From contig CM060731.1 in NCBI GenBank assembly GCA_030704615.1, positions 21,204,001 through 21,268,000 on the forward strand: a stretch of 64,000 nucleotides of DNA, read 5' to 3'. Of this stretch, positions 14,673-28,890 are shown piece by piece; the stretch's first letter is position 1, and each line of letters begins with the position of its first letter. Origin of the DNA: Takakia lepidozioides (lineage: Eukaryota; Plantae; Bryophyta). The notes under the pieces are model-generated. The model saw only the letters and a program-made list of their open reading frames with translations, ran no database searches and was not told the origin of the DNA. The translations under genes and the position numbers were made by a program.

Positions 14673-16471
14673 CTGCAAGTGTGACAGCACCTCCCAAGGG
14701 TGTCGTCAGGAAAAAAAACTAGTCATGGAGTGAATTCTGGGATTGGGGGAGAGGCTGGTGGTCTGACGGTGAATGTGGGATGTGTTGGCGGGTCTCTGAG
14801 TCCGGGGAGGATAGAGGCCGTGGGTCGGGTGGCTTTGGGGGAGTTGCATCCCAATAGTGGGGGTGCTGGAGGTACTGTGAATTTTGGGGACGGGTCTTCT
14901 AATGGGAGTTTTGGGCATGATGAGGCCTCGTCGGACATGGACGAGGATTTTGAGGGTGACGATGGCTACATGGGGGACTCTGCCGATGAATGCGACTGGG
15001 AGAATGATGGGGTTGACATAGAGTGCGATGAGGAGCCAACCGCCGATTTTATCAAGATGTTCAAGCCTGCGACTTGGGAGTCCAATGTTGGCTCTGAGTT
15101 TGCAACTGATAGAGGTGCTTTTACTGGCCCTGTACCTGGTCCCTGCCTGCCAGATATGAAGGGCTCACATCTTGTTTGGTTCTTTCGTTTGTTTTGGAGA
15201 CAACATGTGCTTGCACGGATATGTAGGGAGTCCAATCGTTATGCATGTGAGGCTTTGGGTGCGGGCACTCATGGAGGGCCTAAGTGGAAAGAGCTCACTG
15301 TTCGTGAGTTGAGGGCTTGGATTGGCATTTGTGTCTTCATGGGCATGAAGAAGTTGCCCCGAACTCGCTTGTACTGGCAACACTCGGAGCAATTTTTCTC
15401 TTGTCCTGTCATCCGCAAAGTGATGACGAGAGATGTAAAAGCCTCTGGAATCTGAACAAAATGGTAACCGTTGATGAGGTCATAATTCATTACAAGGGGA
15501 GGTACTGTCCAATTAGGATGTATATGCCTAAGAAACCATGCAAGTGGGGCATAAAGGTGTGGGCCAATGCTGACTCGGAGACTTCATATGTCTACAATTT
15601 CTGTTTTTACTCTGGTAAGAATGCAGGAAGGCCAGATGGCCAGAGGCAGAAAAGTGGGAAGGGAGAAAGGTACGATGTTGTTTGCCGGCTGACTGAAGGG
15701 CTGCATGGTTTGGGCCACGTCATTGTCACTGACAATTACTTTACCTCTGTCCAGCTTCTGTATGACTTGGCGAAGCTTAGCACTTGGGCCACTGGCACAG
15801 TCAGATTGAACCGAAAGGGTCTCCCTCCCTCTTTGCTGAAAATGAAGAAATCCAAGACTGTCAAGCAAGGGCAGTCATGGTACAGGATGCATGATTCAAG
15901 GGAGGTGGCTGCTGTGTTATGGTGGGACAAGAAGGGGGTCTTTTTACTGTCACCTGCAGCCAGGCCAGCATGCAGCTCGTCCTCTCCTGTGACTATATGT
16001 CGTTTTGTGGGAAACCAAAGAATTCATGTGTCATCCATGCTTGCTCATGTGCAATACCAAATATATATGCGAGGAGTAGATGTGCAGAACCAGCTGAGGG
16101 GTGCATATAGCTTGCAGCTGCGCACAAAGAAGTGGTGGCATCGTGGGTTTTCTTTTCTTCTGGATACCACAGTGGTGAATGCATATATATTGCATTCTGC
16201 AATGGAGAGAAGGATGGGGCGTCGGGTCATGACACATCTCACATTCAATATGGTTCTGGCATACGGATTGACAACGAGCTGTTGCACTGACATCATGGAC
16301 ACCACTAAGGATGTGGAATGCACGTTTGTGCATCAGTGCCTTCACACGACAAGGCGACGATTGTGTGTTGTGTGTCACGTTCGTACTCACTATTACTGCC
16401 CTGGTTGTGATGGCAGCCACTTGTGCCTTGGGCCGTGTTGGAATGAGGCACACCAACATGTCACGAGGTGA
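14673..16471 (+). pseudogene. piggyBac (PGBD/DDE_Tnp_1_7-type) transposase with an internal deletion/frameshift at ~15435
   Basis: WKELTVRELRAWIGICVFMG, VTVDEVIIHYKGR..YMPKKPCKWGIKVW, IVTDNYFTSVQL, MRGVDVQNQL, KKWWHRGFSFLLDTTVVNAYIL, and a C-terminal Cys-rich domain CVVC...CPGC...CLGPCWNEAH. Confidence 0.9.
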
Positions 16472-18429
16472 CTGCAGCTAGGCCTTTCAGTGGTTACTTC
16501 TTCCTTGTGTGTGTGCATTGGTTGTGTGGATGGGGGTTCACTGCTGTGTTGGATTGCATTGCAGGTATGCTGGCGTTGGTTGTAGATGGCGTGTGTGCGT
16601 GGGGCGTGGGGTGTGTTTCTCGCTGATCTGTGGTGGCTGTAGGGGTACTGGGGGTGTGTTGGTGTTGGTTGATGGGCAGTGGAGGCTTCTGGGGTCATGG
16701 GGATGTGCTGCTGTTGGTTGATGGGCAGTGTTGGTCATGTGGGGGGGTGTTGCTGATGGTTCACAGGCTGTGGGGGTTATGTTGATCTGCTACTGCTGGT
16801 TGAGGGGCTGTGGAGGTGATGGGGGTCTGGGTGTATTGGCGTAGGAGCATTGTGTTTGGGTGGTTTCATACTTTTGGGGAAGGGGGGGGGGGGGGCGTGG
16901 GCAGCAGTGTAGCAGTCATGGTAGTGGTTCTGTTTTTTGGGGTGATGCTTACTGCTTGGGGGGGGGGGGGGGGGACTGTCTGCACAATGGGCAAATCAGG
17001 GGGTTCAACTCCCCCCCCCCAGTTCTGGGATCATGATATTTCTAAGGAGCTTGTATTGCTGCATTGGGGATAAAGCAGGTGCTCGCGGGGACCTTGTATC
17101 GCTGCGGGGTAACGCAGGAGCTTGTATCGTTGCACTGGGGTAAAGTTGGTAGTTGGTAGTTAGTTTTCAGATGCTTGTCGGGTGAAACGCCGAAACAGAG
17201 GGCGTCCCCAGGCCCTTCTTAGGGTTTCGCATTTGGGGTCTCCCGACATTTTGTCGCAAATCGGCAAATTGGTGACGTAGCCCATTTTTTGTAGCTGGAA
17301 ATGTCTACCGGCTCAGGCAATATTTGGCCTGAGTTGGGATTGAAGTAGAAATTCATAGAAACAGAAATCAATGCTTCAATTTTTGCTGAAATTCTGAAAT
17401 TCTTTTTGGAGGTGGTACTTCATCATTAAAGGGAGACTTTCACCGCAACAATTGTGATTCCAAGGAAGTTTGGCCCCCCTCAGCCTGAATTACATGTCAT
17501 TTGAGCTTCATGGTGTGTTTTGACCCCCTGTTTTCCCTTATAAAGCAACCTTGTGAAAATTTGGGAATTCTGCTTTGGAATTTTGCCACAACATGCTTTA
17601 GGTGCCACATAATGGGAATCTGGATGGGGTCTTGTGACGAATTTTTTTTTTTGTCGATCTACTTTCCTGGTCAAACCATTTTTCCACTGCAAATTTGGAG
17701 TGTATCCCAAATTTAGGGCTTTCAAATTTCTTATAATCTTCCAAAATACACGGTGAAATGAGCTAAAATTTTCACAGAAGCTGGACGAAGTAGGTAGCCT
17801 CCAATTCATACGGTTCATCCCAGTGGATGTTAGTTTCGTGAGAGATATACCCTCATCCCTGAGTGTACCTCCTGTTTTGGAGGGGGGCCACCAAAAACTG
17901 CCTCGTCCATTAGGGGTTAAGGTGACAGTGCACACTTGGGCCAACGGCATATGCTACCCTAGTATAAGTTTAGTTGCTTCAGTTTGTCGGTTATCGAAGA
18001 GATAGCCATGAAAGCATTTGAAGACCTACTACGTCATCTGATGAAACGACCTACCTACCGCACATGCATCTGCGGCATTCGCATTGCACGGATGAATAGC
18101 GCAGCCAGTAATAAGAGCATATACAAGCCAGACTCGATAAAGCAAAACATATTGATTTGGTGAAGAATTGACTCAAGCCCTGACCTCTGCGGAGTACTTC
18201 CTCTTATAAACAATCATGTTTCTAGAGACAGAGGCATTATATCCAGAGCATGCTAAAACCGCCGAAGAGAAACGAGGACCTTGAGCAGCTGCTGTCTCTG
18301 CGAGCCTCCAGCAAGCGACGCTCTCAATTCAGCAAAGAAACGGCTCCACTCGCAAGCTCCAAAGTCACACACCACCACTTAGACTTCCCAAATTCTAGCC
18401 TTTCGAGAAAGCTCATCTCTCTCTCCCTT

Positions 18430-18860
18430 TTTTGTATTCTGTACATGTTCTCTGGAATATATGGAAAACTAGATGCTCTTTCATTTTTAATGACACCATT
18501 CCAATTGTTATCATGTACAAGGTTCATTCAGACTTGATGTCCAAGGCTCGGAAGGGTTGGCTTGTGTTGTGTGCAGTTGTTCTCCGATATGCAGAAGGAA
18601 GGATACAACAGTTCAATCTTTGCTGGGAAAAATGATGTCCTGTGCTGCAGAGTCTCTGAATCAATGGTTGTGTGGTACGACTCCCTCCCTAGGTGCTGGC
18701 AGTTCTCATAGTGCTAGAAATAGTGCCAGATATTCTCCTGCTGATCCATTCTCCTCTACTTTCCTTGGACCTTTTGTTACGGGGCGGTGTCCCCTTGTTG
18801 GTCTCTATGGCTCTCTCGTCAAGTCATTTTCTCCTCACTCTTCTTTTGTAATATATTTCA
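18430..18860 (+). mobile_element. 3' fragment of a LINE (L1/Tx1-like ORF2 tail)
   Basis: VLWNIWKTRCSFIFND matches the W-x-IW-x2-R(N/C) motif at the LINE ORF2 C-terminus. Confidence 0.5.
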
Positions 18861-20182
18861 GGCAGAGCTTCCATCCCCTTTTACTGGAAAAGAAAAATTA
18901 TATGCTCACATTACTCATAAGAGTAAACCTCAATATTCTGTTAGGGTTGGTGGCAGGTGCAGAATAATTTGTATTTCTTTCGGGTTGGAGTTTGGATTGG
19001 AATCAGGTTGGTGTAGCCTCAGTAATGAGACTAGAAGGGATGTGGCCCATGCACATTAGTATCACTATTAGATGATTCAAAACACAAATTTGGAGCAAGA
19101 TCCTTGCGTCTTTTAATTTGACCAAAAGGACCTCCCCCTTAATATAAAAGAGAAAAGGGATGGAAAAATAGATGCTGTAGTTATTTTTTTTTTCTCAAGG
19201 CTGAGGGTGTGTCCGGATTCGACTTATTTCCAGTAATACAATGAGCAATGCAGTGTGCCAGCTCCACTTCATTCTACTACCAACCACCTCGTTGCTTCAC
19301 CAACTTTGTGCACAACCACTCCTTCCACGCTTCACCAACACATAGGGTGGGTCCCCCCCCCATCCACCATACTAGAAGGCATCAGGAAGCCAAGGTTGGC
19401 AGAACATGTTGGTTGTGGCTTTTGCTAGGTGCTGTGAAGGCCCTTTAACTCATTTCATTGAGGATCCATATCACAGCACATGGATATACTTGCCAGATGA
19501 GCCCCACTCCTAGGAAATGTGATGGAGGCCTCCCATCACCACAAAGAAGCTAATCCAGTACAGTTTGGGGGCCCAGTACTGTTCAAACTAATAGACATTG
19601 TCTGCACGAAACGAGTCATGAAAGAATGAAGGTGGGTGCCCTCTCAGGTTATGAATGTCTCCAACATTACTGAAGGAAAGATCGTGTCAAAAAACACCCT
19701 TTGTTTGGGGGATGAATTGAGCATTTTTAATACAATCATCCGAGGCTTCCACTAAAAATCCACTCAAATTTCACCTCAAATTTGGAAGTCCAACTACACT
19801 GTTAATGTACAAAAGATGGGACAAGCACAGTTTCTCTGCATCGCAGCAGGTCCTGAAGACTGTCTCCTTGGCCAGCTGATTGAGGCACTCCAAAGTTAAT
19901 GTACAAACTACTATCAGTCTCATCTTCAAAACCCATTGAACAGCATCCTGTAGATATTTTCCTCCAGCACCTTTTAATGTCTCATGGGTTCATGCAGTAG
20001 AAATACGATACCCTTCAGTTGCGGCACTACTTTTCTTGAAATAGGGCTGTTGATGCAGTATCAGCTTCTATGAACATTCTGTATAACGGGTGGGCCCAGT
20101 TGCAATGAGATTACTCCACTTCCAGAGCAACCAAATGCCCATATGATAACGAAAGCAAACGCTCCCTTCCTTAGTTCAAGCA

Positions 20183-20948
20183 TCAATAGCTTCCAACAAG
20201 AGTGAGAAGGAAATGCTTGTAATTGCCTGACGTGTCGCCTGCAATCATACTCTCCAGTGTTTTCTTATACATGTTGGAAAACTCCATCTTGATGTATTGC
20301 ATGTCGATCTCCGCACGTGTGGTGATCACGCGGATTAGAGAGTCATCGTCCGTTCCCAACCCCTTCATTGATTTGTACAGTTCCTGACAAATTCAACAGA
20401 CTGGTGTGAAGAGGAAATTGTGACAAAACTTACTTCTTAGAAAACACAACTTTTGCCATTCAAGTAAGAAAAATAGAGAATGAAACTTCATACTGTCCAT
20501 GGGAAGCTCCAAATTGATGTTGGAAGTCAGTCTTACACAGCTTAATAAGCAAGAGAGCATATGGATCTCCTTACTCTCTCTCAGAAAACACCATAAGGAC
20601 AGTTTGATAATATGACTAATGGCATTTGAAGTTAGTATGTGCATTAGAACTACTCCGAAATGCTGGCAATTAACCCATGCTCCCCCACTTCATGACACAC
20701 TTTCTAAAGGTGAGAGGGGGATGAACTATGATAAACCCAGAAAAAGGGAACAAAGATGTTAGCCCACATCAAAAGTCGCAGGCTTTTCATGCAAAAAAAA
20801 ACGCCTTTGCTTCTTTGTTGCACACAACCCACACATCAGGTTAGACATTTCATTACGCTTTCCAGTTCCCATGATTGGCACCAGAAGGGTTAGGATGTAG
20901 CTGGGACAGGCAATATGAATGTCCTAGCAATGGTCACAGGGACAGCGA

Positions 20949-21004
<56 letters not shown>

Positions 21005-23678
21005 TAAAGACATACAGTGGCAAAGAACTTTGCTGGGTAAATAAGGCACTGCACTGTTGCCAGCAGCGCCTGTTCAAAGTGTCCTGAAGTCTCCCTCTTA
21101 ATAGCCTGCACACAGCCAGGCTTGTGTTAGCTCCTTAACAAACTACCCTCTACAGATGGAAACTGTATCTGCACCCCATTCTTCTCCCGGACAGTCCTTC
21201 CCAAATCTAAACCATGACACTCTACATACCTGAGTAACAGCTTATGATGTTCAAGGGAACAGAAATAGAAGGGGGGATACAGAGGAGTGAAGAAAGGGGA
21301 AAAGACGTAGGGTATATCGAAGGTGGTAGAGACAGAGAGTTAGTATGACCCTCAAACAACCTTCTCAAAGTCATGTCCATGAGTTTGGCGGTAGTAGTTG
21401 AAAGTGTTAGTCAACTGGGCACTGCTGCGGGTGGAGAGAATGCGGATGAACGTGTCCTCATTGGTACCCAATCGACCTTCCCCCGCCCTGTACAATTCAT
21501 GTGCTTCATTGAGTGCTAGCTGTAAATCTACACGTAGATTTTCAGGTCGGTTTCCCACCGCAAGGGCCAGCAGGAGCTGCAGAATGCACAGCTTTGAACA
21601 TGTTAGGCATTTGCATCAAATCTTAACTCAATATGAGAACCTGCATTTCCACCCACAATTGAGTAATTGAAGTGAATAACTAAACCTTCTTTGGTAGTAG
21701 CCGCAGAAAAGGTTCAACAACAACAAAAAAAAGTATCCAGTTGTTCACGGTTACTCTAATGATAGGAACAGAACACCTGTGTTAATCTGACAGGGATTGC
21801 AGTGTGTGAAAGGAAAGCAAAGAGCGCTAACAAAGCAAACCTCTGTGAACTGCTGTTAGGCTCAAAACTATGAGGAGGAAGACGGAAGCTAGAACTCTAA
21901 TGAAGTTTTGGGATGCCAATGATGCTCTCAAAGGACCTTTAACTCTCTTGCTCCGCATTGGCTGTAAGACTTCATCTTATGAGGTGATAGCATAGCAATG
22001 CCAAAGCTATGGTAGTGTCAAACTGCAACGCTTGCAACTTGGAATGGTTGCAGGATGTACGACGAACTGACTATGGCTTCTGCGCAGAGTACATCTATGC
22101 TTATTTCCATATCTACCCCCCTTGCCTTCCTCTCTCCCTCCAAGGAACCTGCACTGTAGCATCACCCACCTTTCGATAGTCGCCGCTCGTGTCTTCATGG
22201 ATATGATGCTCTAATGTTCGGTGGAACATGGCATGATAGGCTTGTTTTATAGTGTAGAGCTGTGAGGAAGTGCGAGAGCACATAATACCAATCAATGCAC
22301 GGTCTCTTGTGCCTGCCCCTTGCATGGACTCGTGCAAAAGCATGGCGTCACGCTCAGCTGGTGGCATCATCCACAGTAAGACTGCTTTCTGGTTCCCCCC
22401 ACAAAAACATATAGCCTGTCAGCTCCATATTATTTTGCTTGACTTACAGACTCATCCTGTGATGTGTAAAGAGAGAGAGTTCATAACATCCCCAAAAGAC
22501 GAGAAAGAAGACGTACTCAATACCATGCCTATTGCAGCCATTTCACCCAGTGCGCTGCCCCGTTTAGGTTTTGGAGCAAAAAGAGAAAGGAAAATATGAA
22601 ATGAAATGGTACTTTATAACGTCCGCCGGAAAGCTCATAGAGCTTATGGGACAAAATGGAAGAAAACATGAGAGAGGAAATCTAGAAGATCAAGTAACCA
22701 ATGGAGAGAAAGAAGGGCTCCTAACGAGGCTATCCATGACTACTTTCTCCTGTGCAAGCAGAGAGAAACTCCATCACATCAGAATTCCCAAATGAGTACT
22801 AGAACCTGCAGTAGCATCTCTACTCAACCGAGACATATTCCCGCCGGAGGGCTTTAAATTAACGAGTAATCACTCAACTCCCTGACAGAGGGAAAGCAGA
22901 AAGTTCTGAAATAAACAAACCTCAAAATTTCCGTGGAGTTCAGATTTGAGACGATTATGCAGGCTCTCCCCATACTGGGCGTGGTAAGCTTGGGCTACTG
23001 CGGTACGTTGCGCTTGGGTACGATGACCCAATATTTCGATGACCTTCCCTCCGTCACATCCTAGTCCTGCCAATGACCATCACAACTGAGAAATCACTAA
23101 GACTTCGCAGAACTCATCCACCCCTCTGGTGACCCCAATTCGCCTTCCAATTTGGCAGACAGCGCACTCCCGTGGTGCAGGTTCAGAAAAAGATGATTCT
23201 GAGTATATGGGCAGGTGAATGGAGAGTATAACCGCTTGGTCACTTTACTGTGTAAGTTTCGTACCGATACTCACCTTCACGACGACCGCACGAATATTTC
23301 AGCTGAGAGTAGGAACTGGTGGGTGGAATCCCGCGACAAGCCTCATCCGGGCACAATGTCTCTTAGTGTACTCATTTCCAACGTTGAAATATAACTGCCC
23401 TGGCCGTTAAATCTCTCTCTCTCTCTCTCTCTCGTTTAGGTCTCCCACAGTCAAATGGACAAGTGTAGTAGGGAAGTTCTGAAAATCTCAGAACAATTCT
23501 CACTTTTTTCTCGACTCCTTTCTAGGTTTGCAAAAAGGGAATCAAATTACAGAAAACTCTCAGCAGGAGTACAAAAAATAAATGAGAAGTTGCGTAGAGA
23601 GAAACCTCTGAAAGCACGGTGCAGCGCATTGCAATCCTCTTGCACGCTCAAATACGAGGGCACACTTATCGTTGTCAT
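20183..23678 (-). CDS. ANN: Annexin (ANN5/D5-like); exons 23678-23606, 23066-22921, 22388-22170, 21576-21361, 21105-21016, 20383-20183
   Basis: Spliced product [40 protein letters not shown]...[14 protein letters not shown]...[20 protein letters not shown]...[23 protein letters not shown]; all introns GT-AG and in frame. Confidence 0.95.
20951..21003. repeat. (CT)n(CA)n compound microsatellite in an annexin intron
   Basis: Direct inspection. Confidence 0.9.
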
Positions 23679-26419
23679 CTCTCTTCGGTCAGGTTATATG
23701 AATCCCGTTACAGGCTTCTCTCTCTCACACACACACACGCAAGAACAGGAGAGAATTCTCGCTTAATGTAAGGGGACAGATTCGAAGGCAGAAAGGGGAA
23801 AAAATCCAATTGAAGATCAAACAAGAGAATCCGAACTCAGAGTTGTGAATTCAAAGAAAGCAAAGTGCGAGCCGAGAATATGAAGAACCGATTTAGCGAA
23901 AGAGAAAGAGGGGTAAGCGAAGGATTTGAAAGCAAGCAAACAAACGGTAGAGTACAGCACACTGCTGTCACATCAACACCAGGTCAACAAGACGCGTGTT
24001 TGGATGAATATCATCCACATACTAGGATGTGGAAGGCGGTGATTGAAGAGCACGGATGAAAGTCGAGAGGGGAAGAGAGACGAGAGACTTTTTCTTCTAC
24101 TTCTCCAATCATGCGTGGTGATTTTCTGTTGGGCAAGTAATCGAAATTTTCATGCTCCAAATCTCTGAAGACAAAGCTGTTGTCAAGATGGTCGAATGGA
24201 GAGAGAGAGACAGAGAGAGCTGGGGAGAAGGGCGGCATCGCAGGACCCAGTTCAGTTTTAAGGTGAAAGGCATCAATTCTAGAAGAGGGAGGAAGCTAGG
24301 TAGGAAAGAGTTGGGGAACATTTACAGACGCCCAAGGTTTGAATCTTCTTAGACACTGTGACGGCATTGCTGCTGTCCTCCATGTGCATCCAACGGAAAC
24401 TTGGAGACACGTGTCTCTTGTTGCAAGCTCAAAAGGTAACACGAGGCGGCAGTGTGACACAGTCCAATTTGTATAGACTCGGAGAAACAAGGGGGATGAT
24501 GAACTTGATCACACTGGGCTCCACTTTTTATGATGATCATTGCTTAGAGTTGCCCCTTCCATCCGCTTGAAGATGCTAGTCCGAGGTCTGCATTGATGAC
24601 GTTGTCAGCGTGGACTAGTATCAATGGAATCTCTTTTAGGGTCTGGAAACTCCCGGGACATCGTCTGGGTATAAAGATTCCAAGTCGAGGGGTTTGAATT
24701 TAAAAACCTTCTACCGTCCGGGTATTGGGTACTGTTCATTTGTAAAGTATGGTTGCTTTGATACTCGCTTGAGTAAGACATTTGTCAGAATTTGATGGCA
24801 ACACTCCTTTACTCGGGGAGTGAGATGGGAGTCTCTCGGTGGGAGAGATGGCAGAACCTGAGAATAGAATGCGGCTCCAAAACCAACTAAGTGCAGGAAT
24901 TTCACTTCAATTTTGACTAGGAGTTGGGGATCGCCCACATTTTTTCGATTAGGAGGTGGGGATCGCTGGAGATAGCAGGGGAATATAAGTGAACAGTGGA
25001 GACAAATCAAAGAGCAAGTCGGGAAAGAGCAAATTATAGGAAGGAGGTGAAGAGATGGAGGAGTGAAGGGGGACGGGAAGAAGTTTATTCCTGGACACGG
25101 GGAAAAAGAGCACAGGACTGGATGCTGGACATAGCAGAGATGACCGACTGTGGTTCTACTGATGTTCGCCCAGCATTTGCATCTGCGGGTATTTAAGTCG
25201 GGTAAGGAAATCACACCTAGGATGCTAAAGAGAAGACTTAAAAGTGACGAACGAAGGGAGACAATCATGCCGGATGAGCAGGCGCTGTTCTCGTTCTTGG
25301 ATTTTGGAAAAGTCTGCTCCAATCCGGGCTTGAGGTCAGATCGCCGAACCCTTGGGGATGGTAACATTTGAGCCGAGTTCAACAATCAAACATATTTAAG
25401 CAGATCTCTCTCAGCCCACCGAAACGAAGAATTCCTATTAGTGGGTAACTCCGTGTACACCCCAATTGTCAACTAATTGATATGCATTGGATTCAGCTGC
25501 TGCCCACAACCATCATCCCAGTCTGAGCCTGGGTGTGAGTATATTATCTGGATCAGGGAGCACTCTGGTGTAAAGAAGACCCGGAAAGGGTTGTGATTGA
25601 GATAAGTTAGAATCGAAACTCCCCGTCTGTCTCCATGTGAGCTGGGCAATGAGAAAGACCAATACTTTCTGAACTTCTGTAGCTTGGCATAGCCTGGTGG
25701 CTAGCCTGGAGCAGAGATTTAGTTTGCATGCCACAGCATATCACTCTTTGTCTAGTGATTCTTTGTAAGGAGAGATTAAGGAGGATGTCCACAATTGGAC
25801 AATTACTGGTATTGTATGTAATGTCAACGTATGTTATGTGACTGCTGCAGAGAACATGGAGTCTGTACAGGCTCTAATGGGGGTTCAATCATTTGAGAAG
25901 AGTACCTACAGTCTGGGATACGAAAAATTGAGCAGAAGTTCAAACCTGATTTGAAGGGCCTCTTCAATAATGCGATCCTTAGATTCTCACCAGCCATTAC
26001 ATCGGGCTCAAATTATCTGAAAGCAAGGGCTTTCTTAAGAGCAGTTCACATTGTTATATCAAAAGCTGACGAATATGTTCAGCTAGATGGAATGATTACT
26101 GTTGTGTATGGGGTTCAAGACAACTCTATGTAGGCCACTCATTTGAAGAGAATAGAGAGAAAGGGGGGGACTTCATGGGGGCATCTGTCTCATGCTTGGA
26201 TGAGGCCACCCAGCACAGACGATTTACAAGAATCAGGTGTCGGAAAAGGGGTTTTCGAATCAAGCGAAGAGTTCAAGCTCTTTGGAAGTTTGTGCGCAAG
26301 TTTCGGCTGGGCAATGGACTGCAGATGATATGGCTGCAACGACCTGGTGCGTACTCTAGTGTTTTCTTGCTTCCCTCTCTTCTCTGCTGGCATGAACTGG
26401 GAACTGATAGTCTTAACAG

Positions 26420-28890
26420 ATGACAGGATGGCAATGGTGTACTGGAATATTTGCCAATACTGTTTGGTCATGTGCGGATGTAAGGTGGGATATTGGTCCA
26501 TATTATCAGTCGAATGTTGAATTTGACGCTTACAAGTCTGGACCACATATTTTGGGCTCTTGGAATGCTAACCTTGCAAGAGGACTGTCTAAGAATTGTG
26601 TGGCCCCATGTGTTCCTTTGGTCTTCCTTGGAAGCCTAGCAAACAGAGGACTGGTGGAGATTCCTATGCCATTGTTAGGACACCTGTGTTTCACTTGTCT
26701 CTTCAGCTTTGTAAGCTTGGGAGAAAATTACTGGGTTTCAAAAGCTCACATTTTTCATGGAATAGGGTCGTACTTTGCTGCAGCAACAAGACGCAAACAT
26801 TTAAAGCGAAGGCATCAGAGATTAGTCAACGCCCAAAATTGGGATTTCTCAGAGGGGGTATCCTCCATCTCTGAGATGCTCCAGCAAGATGATTGGAGTC
26901 TCATGCCTGGGCTACCTCCAGAACTAGCTATGAGGTGCTTGGCGATGGTTCCACGTGTCCACCATTGTCAAATGCGTTCCGTGTGCAAACTTTGGCGCCA
27001 TACAGTGGAGAGCCTGGAGTTTCTAGAGTTGAGAAAGCAGATGGGATTAACTGAGGATTGGCTTTATCTTCATGTGGGATCCTCTCCCCACTTGGATGAA
27101 ACGCAGGGAGGCTACAGATCTGGTCGATGGCAGCTTGTTGGGGGATTTAGTCTCTGGCATGCACTTGACCCCTTCAGGTATCTCATTGCACGACTTTAGG
27201 GTACAGTGTCTGTGGATGTACTACTTTTGTATATACCAGTATCTAATTGAACTTCTAAAGGAGATCCTGGTAGTTGGGATGTTGTTACACTGATGGTGAT
27301 CCTCATGCATTTATATCCACATGGCCTAGGCTGGAGGTTGCCCTTTGGAATCAACTCAGTTGCAAGGGTGGGGTACATCGGCTACCTACCAACTTGATTA
27401 GTGGATGGTACTATTTGAGTATGAGCAGACCTGCAGGATGAGATTTCTGCAGAGAACACATGAGCAACTGGGATCAGGACTACTTAGTAGAGTTTCAGTC
27501 ACATCCCCCGTAACACATGAACTCAACCCACTTAAAATAGGGCTACAGGAGCAGCTCTGGAAGCAGTACCTTCAGTATGATGTCCATGCCAGATGAGCTT
27601 ATACCTTGACTGGTTCAAATGCCACTACCAGTTCCAGGTTGGAACAATGCCCTCAAAACTTGTCATTGCCAACGGTTACCAGAACAGCAAATATATACAG
27701 TTTTCTCTTTGTGCTCTGTCCATAGTCCATATTAGGTCTAGGGTCACATGGCTTCGGGAACCGAACTACAACCCTCTCTTTCTTTCCCTGTCTCTCTGTC
27801 AATTTAGTCATAGCCTGTCCCCATTGCCTACCCAGGTACAGGTGGCATGCACTTCCTCCCATCCCGTATGACAGAAGTGTAACTGGAGGTCACGTAGTGC
27901 TGGGGGCAGCATCGGTGGTCCTCAATGGGGATCTTTACGTTCTTGGTGGGGCTCCATTTGGAATGCCAGCTCTCAGGTAAATAGGTCTTCCAGCCATCCT
28001 GCTCAGGTCCCTGTCTCTCTTTTGGCTTTTGAGTTTTTCTCCTTCCCCTCTTGTACACGGATGATAGAGTTGTGTGTACAAGCCCTGTAGGTCTTCTTGA
28101 AAAGACTATTTTTCTCTTGAGATGCTCATAAATGGTTTCCGACAAGTTCTAAGGTTGGACTCATGCTGGTGTTCTGTTCAGAGATATCTGGATTTATGTC
28201 CCCCGGCAAAATAAATGGAGGAGGGGAAAGCCAATGCTGATGCCAAGGTTTGGCTGCCTAGTGGGTGTGATTGAGAACAAGCTCTATGTTGTAGGTGGCT
28301 CAGGCATCTGCCATCTTACTGGTTACTCCTTTCCCTGTCTAGAAGTCTATGACCCAATAACTGACAGCTGGCAGTATGCTGCAAGTGCAAGGGGGAGGAT
28401 CACTGCCCACCCATGCAGCCCCTTGAAACATATAGCAGTGCTGGAGAACAGGCTGTGCGTCACTGGACCTCAGACCTTAACCCGTAGAGCAAATTCAGGG
28501 ATGTATGATCCGGAGTTGGATTCCTGGATGGAAATCAAGCCTGGGCTACAAAGTGGATGGGGTAGGCCAAGCGCGATGTTGGATGGAAAGCTCTACACTG
28601 TTGGATTTGGATGCTACCAGCAGTATTGGCCAGAGAAGGATATGTGGCAGCCAGTGAGCCAGAGTGCAACCCCTTTGGAATGGGACACTCGCATAGTGTC
28701 AGCAATGACTGCCAGCAATGGAAAAATCTATATGGTAGGCACAATGGGGCCAGCGTTGATTGTCATAATAGCACCTGTCGAAGATGGCCACGTGAGCCAA
28801 AGTGTGTGGTGGCATACCATGAAGCTGCCAAATGGGATTGATTTTCTTGGAGACCTGAATTGCTGCTCTTGCCAGATCATCAGCATCTGA
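26420..28890 (+). CDS. F-box/kelch-repeat protein; exons (start uncertain, 26420 or 26876)-27177, 27836-27976, 28182-28890
   Basis: F-box LMPGLPPELAMRCLAMVPR...SVCKLWR; kelch motifs LYVLGG, MLMPRFGC..LYVVGG..EVYDPITDSW; in-frame GT-AG junctions. Confidence 0.85.

Noticed and set aside
16500-17025. GT-rich tract with long G runs (G-quadruplex potential) and its ORFs
   Set aside because: Low-complexity 3' region of the piggyBac element; no specific evidence of function.
23275-23375. ATG AGT ACA CTA (MSTL) as the annexin first exon
   Set aside because: It hits a stop after 10 codons; 23678-23606 gives the canonical first exon in the correct phase.
24711-25385. 224-aa minus-strand ORF
   Set aside because: No recognisable domain; antisense to the purine-rich upstream region of the kelch gene.
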